Shown: positions 56,283 through 64,000 of the stretch, piece after piece | Numbering within the stretch: the first letter of the stretch is position 1 | How the letters are laid out: the number at the start of each line of letters is the position of its first letter | NCBI GenBank assembly: GCA_024239055.1 | Contig: JANBVJ010000001.1 | Location: 1,277-65,276 of the forward strand | Direction: 5' to 3' | From: Patescibacteria group bacterium | Lineage (GTDB): Bacteria > Patescibacteriota > Minisyncoccia > Minisyncoccales > UBA10102 | Length of the DNA: 64,000 bases | Made by a program: the position numbers and the translations under genes | Notes under the pieces: generated by a model | The model's database searches: none | What the model saw: the letters and a program-made list of their open reading frames with translations, nothing else | Told to the model about the DNA's origin: nothing

Positions 56283-57260
56283 ATGAAGAAGTTTGATTTA
56301 ATCACAGTAGGGGACACAACCTTAGATGTATTCTTGGAGTTGGTGGAAGAGGTGAAGGTAATAAAAGATAAAACAACAGGACTGGATTATTTGGGCTTGG
56401 TGAACGCAGAAAAGATTCCTGTAAAGAAGCTGACCATAGTTCCCGCTGTAGGCAACTCAGCTAACGTTGCAATAGGGGCTGCACGTCTTGGATTAAAGTC
56501 AGCTATTTATACTATTTTAGGGGAAGATCAAACAGGGAGTGATTCGCTGGAGGTTTTAAAGAAGGAGGGCGTAGCTTTAGATTACATTACCATAGATAAA
56601 AAACAGGGGAGCAACTTCTCTGCAGTTTTAAATTACAAGGCAGAACGCACCATTCTTGTGTATCACGAAAAGAGAACATATAGTCTGCCAAAGCTCCCTC
56701 CAGCTTCTTTTATGTACTTTAGCTCTCTTGCAAAAGGACATGAGAAGCTGCACTCTCAGATTCCAAAGTATGTGAAAGCGAATAATGTAAAGCTTGGGTT
56801 TAATCCGGGTTCCTATCAACTCAGAGAGGGGTTAAAGAGAATGATTCCTATCTTAAAAGTTGCTGAGGTTTTATTTGTGAATAGGGCTGAAGCCCAGACG
56901 CTTGTAGGCAAAGAGCCTAATATTAAGAAATTATTAACAAAGCTGCATAAGCAGGGTCCAAAGATTGTAGTAATTACAGAGGGTCCAAAAGGTTCATATG
57001 CTTCTGATGGCGAACACGTATATTTTCTCGATATCTTTCCTGCTCCCTTGGTGGAAAGGACGGGAGCTGGAGATGCATTTTCTACTGGATTTATTTCAGC
57101 TTTAGCAAAAGGAGAAAGTGTTCCTGACGCTATGAGATGGGGGACTATTAGTTCAGCTTCCGTTATTCAGTACATTGGAGCTCGTGAGGGACTGCTTTCC
57201 AAAAAAGTAATGCAGGCAACAATTAAAAAGAGTCCTAAGTTTCAACCAAAGGAACTATGA
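56283..57260 (+). CDS. PfkB-family carbohydrate kinase (ribokinase-like)
   Basis: 325-aa ORF with GGSANVAIG-like VGNSANVAIGAA and the C-terminal TGAGDAFSTGFISAL motif. Confidence 0.85.
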   Translation: MKKFDLITVGDTTLDVFLELVEEVKVIKDKTTGLDYLGLVNAEKIPVKKLTIVPAVGNSANVAIGAARLGLKSAIYTILGEDQTGSDSLEVLKKEGVALDYITIDKKQGSNFSAVLNYKAERTILVYHEKRTYSLPKLPPASFMYFSSLAKGHEKLHSQIPKYVKANNVKLGFNPGSYQLREGLKRMIPILKVAEVLFVNRAEAQTLVGKEPNIKKLLTKLHKQGPKIVVITEGPKGSYASDGEHVYFLDIFPAPLVERTGAGDAFSTGFISALAKGESVPDAMRWGTISSASVIQYIGAREGLLSKKVMQATIKKSPKFQPKEL

Positions 57261-58213
57261 ATGTAATGGAGAAGGCCATACAGGACTTTCCCAAGCAGTT
57301 TGCGTGGGAGCCTGAGGTTATTAATTCAGATAAGTTGGGAAAATACTCAAGGTATGTTCTTGTTGGAATGGGAGGCTCTCGCCTATCAGGAGATTTATTA
57401 AATACCTCAAATCCAGAGATTGATTTATTAGTGCGCTCTGATTATGGACTTCCCTCATTTCTTGGTAAAGATACTCTTGTTATATGCAGTTCATATTCAG
57501 GTAATACAGAGGAAGTGTTATCAGTGTTTAAAGAGGCTCAAAAAAAGAGTATTCCAGTCGCAGTTCTTGCAAAGGGAGGTAAGCTTATTGAGTTAGCAAA
57601 AAAGGAAGACCTTCCATATATACAGTTTCCAGATACAGGTATTCAACCAAGGAGTGCTATAGGCTTTAGCTTCCGCGGATTAGTAAAGCTTATTGGAAGG
57701 GAAGATATATTAAAAGATACAGAAAGCTTAAAAGATGTTCTTTCTGTTGAGGATAATGGAAAAGATATAGCGGAAGTTTTACATAATAAGATTCCTGTTA
57801 TTTATTCCTCTTTTCGTAATCGTTCTCTGGGGTATATATTTAAGATTACATTAAATGAAACAGGAAAGATTCCTGCTTTTTATAATGTATTACCTGAAGC
57901 AAATCATAATGAGATGATCGGCTTTGATATTATAGATTCTACTAAGGAGTTATCTGAGAATCTTCACTTTGTGTTTTTAAAAGACGAGAAAGATAATAAA
58001 AGAATACAAAAGAGAATGGAGGTGCTGGAGCAGTTATATAAGGATAGGGGATTTGAAGTTGAGGTTGTTGCTTTTAAAGGGAAAAGTGTATTTGAGCGCA
58101 TGTTCTCCTCTATTCTACTTGCTGACTGGACTGCGTATCATATCTCAAAGCTCTACGGGACCCAACCCAATGAGGTTCCTATGGTGGAGGAGTTTAAAAA
58201 GCTCATTTTGTAA
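57257..58213 (+). CDS. Bifunctional phosphoglucose/phosphomannose isomerase (SIS domain)
   Basis: 318-aa ORF with the SIS motif VLVGMGGSRLSGD, SYSGNTEE and a C-terminal PGI/PMI-type region (NHNEMIGF). Confidence 0.8.
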   Translation: MNVMEKAIQDFPKQFAWEPEVINSDKLGKYSRYVLVGMGGSRLSGDLLNTSNPEIDLLVRSDYGLPSFLGKDTLVICSSYSGNTEEVLSVFKEAQKKSIPVAVLAKGGKLIELAKKEDLPYIQFPDTGIQPRSAIGFSFRGLVKLIGREDILKDTESLKDVLSVEDNGKDIAEVLHNKIPVIYSSFRNRSLGYIFKITLNETGKIPAFYNVLPEANHNEMIGFDIIDSTKELSENLHFVFLKDEKDNKRIQKRMEVLEQLYKDRGFEVEVVAFKGKSVFERMFSSILLADWTAYHISKLYGTQPNEVPMVEEFKKLIL

Positions 58214-58484
58214 GCGTAGGAGCGCCTATTCTGGAAGATTGCCTTGTGTATGCTCCAAGTTTTTCTTTTGAGCTAAAAAGTTGTGGTAGAAGAGGCATAG
58301 TTCGGGATGCCCCATAGGACATAGGAATCTGGGGTATTCTTTTAGCTACTTGGCAACTGAATAAGTGATACGTAAAACGAAACCTTCGTAAAGAAAGGGA
58401 GGAAAAAAATGAACAAGGAGACTGAGATGTCTTCGGTGCGGAACATGGTGGCACGGTAGAAAGAACTGTGCGCCATTCCGCTCC

Positions 58485-58513
58485 TTGACAAATTAAACAG
58501 ATTGTAGTATTAA
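58485..58513 (+). promoter_or_regulatory. Promoter upstream of the beta-helix protein gene
   Basis: TTGACA (58485-58490), 17 nt, TATTAA (58508-58513). Confidence 0.5.
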
Positions 58514-58671
58514 TGAGCCACACGGCTTATTTTGTTTAGCCGAGATCCTTGACAACTGAATAGGGAGTCAAGACAAAAAAGGAAAGTGTAATGCTTCCCA
58601 AAATACCTTTGTCCAGCCCTTTGGCTGGTAACGTAACAACAGTGGAAAAGAACCTAGAGAAAGGAACGAAC

Positions 58672-61600
58672 ATGATCAGAAAGAAGTTTGTCCGATACGC
58701 GGTTTTGTTTGCCATGCTGCTCTTGCTCCTCAGCGGAGGGAGAACGGTTCTGGCTGCCAGTATGACCGTCGACAACACCATCGCTTGCGATGATGTGGTC
58801 GGTTTACCGTACTGCACGATTCAGGCCGCGGTTGATGACGCAGCGCCCGACGACACGATTAACGTCGCCGCAGGGACTTACGTTGAAAACGTCATCGTTG
58901 ACCTGGCACTCACCTTGCAAGGGACGCCGGGCGCCACTATTGCACCGGCTACGGGTGTCGGAGTGGAAATCCAGGCTTCAAGCGTCACGGTTGATGGTTT
59001 CACCATCAACACTTGGGGCTTGAATGCTCATGGTGTCTGGATCAGCGTGAGTGCTACAAGCCTTACTTTGACCGGAAACGATATCGTGATAGACGGCTAC
59101 TCTACCGCTATCTACGCGGATGCAGGAGTTTCTCAGACTGTTAAGAGTTCTGGGTGGACTATCTCCGGCAATACTCTGAGCGCCGCCGTCGGGGTCAACC
59201 TTGAGCTCTACGATGTTGACGCGGTGACGGTGGATGACAATGTCTTCGGTATTACTGCGGGCAGTAACGTCATCGTCAGTAGCGAACTTTTTGACCTGAC
59301 CGGAATTGCCTTCACCAACAACGATGTCCAGGGTAACAACGGTGGGAGTATGGTGGCATTCGTCACTGACTTCCAGGGAATAGCTCTAGGAGGAATCGTA
59401 CGTAATGATGGTATTCTTACCGCCATGGACGACGTCACCGTCGCGGGCAATACGTTCGCTGGCTGGGATAGCCGCGCCCTGCGCTTCGGGGATTGGGGGA
59501 ATCCTGTAACGAACGTTGTGGTGAACTCCAATATCTTCAATATGAGTGTAGACTCAGAAGTTATTGGGGGAGCTGACGCAGGAAGTGCGACAGGAGCAGG
59601 AAACACATTCAACGTCCAGGTGCCAGCAGAAATACAGGACGCGATAGATTCAGCGTTCAGTGGAGATACGGTCAACGTGGCTCCAGGAACGTACGACGTA
59701 GGCTTGCAGATCATCAGCAACGACATCCAGATCGTTGGTGATGCGGGTAATAAACCGGTAATTCGTCCGATCGCGGATATTACCGGAACTGGAGCTGCTG
59801 AGGACGCTTGGTTCTTAGTTGAGCCGAATGTCACATTCAGCCTCGCTAGTGTTGTGCTGGACGGTGATGGGTTTTGGGTCTGGCAGGCCATCCGTTCGCA
59901 TGGTAACACTTCCATTAGTAACGTCGACTTCCGCAACATACGCGGGAGTGTAGACGGTTCACCCTACAAGGGTATCGCCGTATCTAGTTACGGCGGCATC
60001 GTTGCAGGAGGTGTTGGCAGTGATAGCCACGGTGGTGAGGGCGACTTGTCCAGCAACCTGTTGGTACTCAACAGCAGCTTTGTGCAAATCGGTCGCATCG
60101 GCGTGATAGTGAAGGGTACTGGATCGGCCGCCGAGATTATCGGCAACACCTACACGGGCAAAGGTGACGGGGACTTCCTCGACTATGCCTTTGAACTTGG
60201 TGGTGGCGGCCTTGCGGCCATCAGTGGAAACACCATTACCGGCAACCGCGGTGTGGCCCTAGTTGACGGCTCGACCTCGGCTGGCGTTCTGGCGACGACG
60301 TACTGGTGTCTAACGCTCCCAGACTGCGTTACCACCGCCTTAATCGAAGACAACTCCATCACCGGCAACACGGATGGCGTTCACATAGGTTATGCTCCGG
60401 GTCCCGCCGACACAAGTGTCGTCACGATCCACCGCAACAACCTTAGTGGCAACACCGCATTCGCCGTCATCAGCACGGACGCGGTTGTGAACTCCACCGA
60501 TAACTGGTGGGGTTCTGCGAACGGTCCGAGCCATGAGTCCAACACGTTCAACGTGGAGGCACAGGGCGACGCGGTCAGCGACAATGTTGACTTCGTGCCT
60601 TGGCTGGACGCTTTGGACGGCGCTCCATTCGCTCCCGTAGTAAACGACGAGAGCGAGTCCTACACCTCCATCTCGGCCGCCATCAACGGCACCGAGGCCG
60701 GAGGTACGGTTACTGCGTCGTCAGGAACGTACGTCGAATCCTTGGTCATCGCCAAGCCGCTCACGTTGCGTGGGCCGAATGCGAGCATCAGCCCGCATTC
60801 GGAATCGCGGGTCGCGGAAGCGATCATCACTGGAGTGTCACCGTTAGTCCAGTTGCCGTCTGAAGCGAATGTGAATCCGCTCATAATCGAAGGGTTCACA
60901 TTCCAAGACACGACTGGCTCCGGGGCCGTAATCTACGCGAACGGCGAAAGCGATGGTTGGGGCAACGTCACAATTCGTTCCAACCGTTTCATGGACAACT
61001 ACGGACCGGCCATCGGTGTCTGGACCTCGACCTTGAACGAGCCAATCAACCCAGCCAACTGGACAATCAGCGACAACCTCATCAATGGAGTGACGGGACC
61101 GAGCAGATCAGGTATATACCTGGCTCTGGCTAACCCTGAGGATGTAGCTACCGAGTTTAGTGGTTGGGAGATCAGCAACAACAGGATCAGGAACACCCAA
61201 TACGGCGGAATCATGGTCCATGGCGCGGTTGACATGCTCATCTCCGGAAACATCGTCGAGGACGTCCAGAAAACGGGCATCCAGTCATCGGGGATACAGG
61301 GGAACGTGACGATTACGGATAACCTGATTCTCAGAGCGATGTTGGCTAGTGAATCGGGTCCTATTAGGGCTGGTATCCGCCTCTACGGTACGGACCCCAC
61401 AGACGAGTATGGCGAGAGTCAGCTCATCGGTCCGGTATGGGTGACCGACAACGTCGTCGAGCAATCCTACATTGGGTTCGCAACCAAGAGCGGCCATGAC
61501 TACCCCAGCGAGTTGGTCCACGTCAACGGCAACAGCTTCGTGGGGAACATCGAAGCCGGCCTTCTCCACAACGGTAACGGTCTCTTCGACGCAAAAGGCA

Positions 61601-62352
61601 ACTGGTGGGGAACCGCCACGGGTCCGAGCGGTGAAGGGCCGGGACAAGGAGATGCCGTGGGACCAGGAATCAGCTTTGAACCCTGGCTCACCCGGCTTGG
61701 CTTCCAAGTGACTCTTAGTAATGAGAGCTACCTGGGATTCGGCTACCAGCTTAACGCCGGATGGGAAACCTTTTCCATCCCGGTGTGGGCGGAGAACGAA
61801 ACGTTCTTCGGAGCTTGGGAAGTCCTTTGGACGGACATGGAAGGGAACCCGGGTCCCGAAGAAGGCGGAATACCGGTACCCCGACTGAGCGGCCTTGTTA
61901 ACGAGGCCATAGTGGAAATCGCGTACCGCTTCAACGCGGCAACGCAGGAGTGGGAGCAAATCCTTGACGTAGACACCCTCTCACCCTTTGAAGCTGTGTA
62001 CGTGAAGTCACGAGTGGCGCACGCAGCGTCCCTCAACGTAACGCCGGACCTCACAAGTCCTCCCACCTACCAGTTGCAAGCCGGCTGGAACTTGGTGGGG
62101 ATGACGCTTGATCCTCTTGGGTCTGGCACCATGGCGGTTCCCGAAGCCTTCATCAGCGCGTACGACGCGCCCGGAGGTATAGGGTACCTGCAGGTCTTCA
62201 GTCCGGCAGTGAACCCGACCACGTTTGCGTGGGCACGGGACAGTGCACAAGACCCAATCCCTCAAGTGGAAATCGGGAGGGGCTACTGGGTCTTCATGGA
62301 AAACCCTGACACGATAGCAGGGTTCAGCTCAACTCCATTAACTCTGGAGTAG
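58672..62352 (+). CDS. Large secreted right-handed parallel beta-helix (NosD/CASH-type) repeat protein with three beta-helix modules
   Basis: The start MIRKKFVRYAVLFAMLLLLLSGGRTVLAA is a signal peptide; the track ORF begins 27 codons earlier. Three modules each open with I(Q/S)xAIxx...GDT(I/V)xVAxGTY. NWWG(S/T)AxGPS motifs recur. G+C is high and third-position G/C is frequent. Confidence 0.8.
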   Translation: MIRKKFVRYAVLFAMLLLLLSGGRTVLAASMTVDNTIACDDVVGLPYCTIQAAVDDAAPDDTINVAAGTYVENVIVDLALTLQGTPGATIAPATGVGVEIQASSVTVDGFTINTWGLNAHGVWISVSATSLTLTGNDIVIDGYSTAIYADAGVSQTVKSSGWTISGNTLSAAVGVNLELYDVDAVTVDDNVFGITAGSNVIVSSELFDLTGIAFTNNDVQGNNGGSMVAFVTDFQGIALGGIVRNDGILTAMDDVTVAGNTFAGWDSRALRFGDWGNPVTNVVVNSNIFNMSVDSEVIGGADAGSATGAGNTFNVQVPAEIQDAIDSAFSGDTVNVAPGTYDVGLQIISNDIQIVGDAGNKPVIRPIADITGTGAAEDAWFLVEPNVTFSLASVVLDGDGFWVWQAIRSHGNTSISNVDFRNIRGSVDGSPYKGIAVSSYGGIVAGGVGSDSHGGEGDLSSNLLVLNSSFVQIGRIGVIVKGTGSAAEIIGNTYTGKGDGDFLDYAFELGGGGLAAISGNTITGNRGVALVDGSTSAGVLATTYWCLTLPDCVTTALIEDNSITGNTDGVHIGYAPGPADTSVVTIHRNNLSGNTAFAVISTDAVVNSTDNWWGSANGPSHESNTFNVEAQGDAVSDNVDFVPWLDALDGAPFAPVVNDESESYTSISAAINGTEAGGTVTASSGTYVESLVIAKPLTLRGPNASISPHSESRVAEAIITGVSPLVQLPSEANVNPLIIEGFTFQDTTGSGAVIYANGESDGWGNVTIRSNRFMDNYGPAIGVWTSTLNEPINPANWTISDNLINGVTGPSRSGIYLALANPEDVATEFSGWEISNNRIRNTQYGGIMVHGAVDMLISGNIVEDVQKTGIQSSGIQGNVTITDNLILRAMLASESGPIRAGIRLYGTDPTDEYGESQLIGPVWVTDNVVEQSYIGFATKSGHDYPSELVHVNGNSFVGNIEAGLLHNGNGLFDAKGNWWGTATGPSGEGPGQGDAVGPGISFEPWLTRLGFQVTLSNESYLGFGYQLNAGWETFSIPVWAENETFFGAWEVLWTDMEGNPGPEEGGIPVPRLSGLVNEAIVEIAYRFNAATQEWEQILDVDTLSPFEAVYVKSRVAHAASLNVTPDLTSPPTYQLQAGWNLVGMTLDPLGSGTMAVPEAFISAYDAPGGIGYLQVFSPAVNPTTFAWARDSAQDPIPQVEIGRGYWVFMENPDTIAGFSSTPLTLE

Positions 62353-62375
62353 AAAGAGAAAGGAAATTCACAAGG

Positions 62376-62426
62376 GGCTGCGGTCGAATCGGTTTAACTA
62401 CCGACCGACTGCAGCCTCTTTTTTTT
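62376..62426 (+). terminator. Intrinsic terminator after the beta-helix gene
   Basis: GGCTGC-GGTCG ... CGACC-(GACT)-GCAGCC followed by TCTTTTTTTT. Confidence 0.7.
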
Positions 62427-62434
62427 GCTATTAC

Positions 62435-62463
62435 TTGACAAAATTGAGATATGGTTCTATAAT
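62435..62463 (+). promoter_or_regulatory. Consensus promoter of the last gene
   Basis: TTGACA (62435-62440), 17 nt, TATAAT (62458-62463). Confidence 0.6.
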
Positions 62464-62536
62464 GTCTATGTGTCCTTTGACAACCTAGACAAATCTAAGA
62501 ACCGACAACAATCCAATTCCTACAAAGGAGGAACCC

Positions 62537-64000
62537 ATGAGGATCGTGTCTTTAGCGTTCGTAGCCGTAGCCGTCATCTTCTCGATGATCGTGACTACTA
62601 ATGCGAACGCCTCAATACTGGGGCAAGAGGCTCCGCCTCTGCCCAACGCCTTCTACGGCGACGTGAGCATTGCGGGAAACCCCGCGCCCGCAGGAACGGA
62701 AATCTGCGGAATGATAGGGGGTACCAGTAAGGGGTGCATCGTTACGGACTCGCCTGGCTCCTATGGAGGAGCTTCTGGAGGGGAACCGAAGTTGGTCGTT
62801 CAGAGCGGCCAGGGCGATGTTGGAGCCACGATACGATTCTTCGTGACTCCTCCCGGTACTATCGGAGACTTTGCGGCAGAAGAAGTGGTTTACGACCCGG
62901 GGGAAGTGGATGAGCTCAACTTGACGCTCACGACGTTTCCTCTAGTGCCGACACCGACGCCGACGGCAACACCAACGCCGACGGCAACGCCGACGGTAAC
63001 GCCGACGCCGACACCAACGCCGACGGCAACACCAACGCCGACGCCGACACCAACGCCGACGGCAACGCCGACGGTAACGCCGACCCCAACATCGACGCCG
63101 AGCGCGACGGCAATACCGACACCGGTACCCATAAATCCACCAGGAGATCCGCCGGTATTCCCAACACCTGAACCAGGTGCTGGACCGCCGCCGGAACTAA
63201 TTACTCCTGTGGATGGGGGAGTGGCTGAATCAGAAGATGGCGATCTCTCAATTGAGATTTTGCCAAGTTCTGTGACAGATTGGCAGGGCCTAACGGTTGA
63301 AAAAGTGGATCTTGAGTCATTGCCACCTACAGACGGAACTTTCCGTTTTGGTAGCAAGGCATTTGAGATTTCATTTACAGACGCGGATGGAAATCCGATC
63401 GAACGTTTTCAACTGAACAGACCCGCGGTGATTACAGTCAGTTACACAGAAGCAGAAGCGCTGTATGTGTATGACTTGGCCATCTTCAGGTATGATAGCT
63501 TATCCAGCACATGGATTGAGCTCAATACCTCAGTTGACCCTGTCAATCGAATTCTGACAGCTAGAGTTTCGACCTTCAGTAAGTTCGTAATTGGCATTCC
63601 CGCTTTGGTGGGAGAGCCAGTTCCGACCGTAACTCCAGTTCCGCCGGTATTGCCAACAGCAACAACGGCGCCTGTCATTATTCCGATAGCAACTCCGGTT
63701 CCAACTGCAACTGTTCTGCCGCCAGTACCTGTGTCGCCAACAGCAACACCAGTACCTGGCGCTAGTCCGACAGCAGCTCCGGTTCCGACTGCAACACAAG
63801 TGACGCCAACTCAGGTACCGCCAACATCGGTACCAGAGGCGCCAACTCAGGTACCGCCAACATCGGTACCAGAGACGCCAACGGCAGTGGTTGTGGTAAC
63901 TCCAACATCATTGCCGCCAGCGACACCGAGTCCTACTCCAATTCCTGTTCCAGTGGAACCTGAAGAGGATGATGGATTCTCAGTTGTCACGGTAATAGCG
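62537..64000 (+). CDS. Secreted protein with Pro/Thr-rich linkers; 5' partial, open to the window end and absent from the ORF track
   Basis: AAAGGAGG lies before ATG 62537. I read 488 codons without a stop to position 64000. The signal peptide is MRIVSLAFVAVAVIFSMIVTTNANA. It is followed by an FYGDVSIAGNPAPAGTEI domain, a (TPTP/ATPT)n linker, a beta-sandwich-like domain and a second P/T/V-rich linker. Confidence 0.75.
   Translation, partial: MRIVSLAFVAVAVIFSMIVTTNANASILGQEAPPLPNAFYGDVSIAGNPAPAGTEICGMIGGTSKGCIVTDSPGSYGGASGGEPKLVVQSGQGDVGATIRFFVTPPGTIGDFAAEEVVYDPGEVDELNLTLTTFPLVPTPTPTATPTPTATPTVTPTPTPTPTATPTPTPTPTPTATPTVTPTPTSTPSATAIPTPVPINPPGDPPVFPTPEPGAGPPPELITPVDGGVAESEDGDLSIEILPSSVTDWQGLTVEKVDLESLPPTDGTFRFGSKAFEISFTDADGNPIERFQLNRPAVITVSYTEAEALYVYDLAIFRYDSLSSTWIELNTSVDPVNRILTARVSTFSKFVIGIPALVGEPVPTVTPVPPVLPTATTAPVIIPIATPVPTATVLPPVPVSPTATPVPGASPTAAPVPTATQVTPTQVPPTSVPEAPTQVPPTSVPETPTAVVVVTPTSLPPATPSPTPIPVPVEPEEDDGFSVVTVIA
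62947..63130 (+). repeat. Coding low-complexity tandem repeat (ACGCCGACGGCAACACCA-type units) encoding the PT linker
   Basis: Direct reading shows reiterated ACGCCGACG / GCAACACCAACGCCGACG units. The antisense frame gives the spurious GVGV ORF at 62890-63357. Confidence 0.85.

Noticed and set aside
59208-61959. Long minus-strand ORFs (243 aa at 59208-59939 and 224 aa at 61285-61959, plus several of 60-110 aa) inside the beta-helix gene
   Set aside because: These are typical stop-poor antisense frames of high-GC coding DNA. The plus-strand frame has a signal peptide, repeated beta-helix modules and a terminator.
62890-63357. 155-aa minus-strand ORF rich in GVGV repeats, and the 79-aa ORF at 62928-63167
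   Set aside because: These are antisense shadows of the plus-strand Pro/Thr linker (ACGCCGACG repeats). The plus-strand frame has an RBS and a signal peptide and stays open for 488 codons.

Overview
The first ~58 kb of this 64-kb fragment is low in G+C (about 40% by eye). Its gene content and architecture resemble a small-genome uncultivated bacterium such as Patescibacteria/CPR; that assignment is inference only. The backbone is housekeeping: rpoB-rpoC, ftsK, recA, rpsF-ssb-rpsR, trpS, RNase J, and uvrC and uvrA flanking a reduced RNase P RNA. It also carries CIRCE-groES-groEL, dnaG-rpoD, typA, a DEAD-box helicase, cspA, uppP and truB. A compact sugar-phosphate block follows (rpiB, rpe, split transketolase, PfkB kinase, PGI/PMI). 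There are three tRNAs: Leu-CAG, Ser-GGA and Asn-GTT. Promoters are easy to read throughout as TTGACA-N17-TAnnnT, often with an extended TG. Five observations stand out. (1) Right after tRNA-Asn (34.6-40.7 kb) sits an array of five self-contained cassettes. Each is headed by the same ~120-bp promoter module and each drives unrelated cargo: a 7-residue-repeat protein, typA plus DEAD helicase, a PNK-like kinase, and two tiny proteins. (2) There are three orphan structured-RNA candidates with their own near-consensus promoters and intrinsic terminators (34.7 kb +, 42.2-42.4 kb -, 45.9-46.1 kb -). (3) A cobalamin riboswitch controls two DUF4430 (transcobalamin-like) membrane or surface proteins. 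(4) Composition switches abruptly to high G+C from ~58.6 kb to the window end, a region encoding a 1227-aa triple beta-helix secreted protein and a PT-linker secreted protein. (5) The sigma-70 factor has a lysine-rich histone-H1-like N-terminal tail. No CRISPR array, integrase, transposase, rRNA or recognisable defence system was seen.
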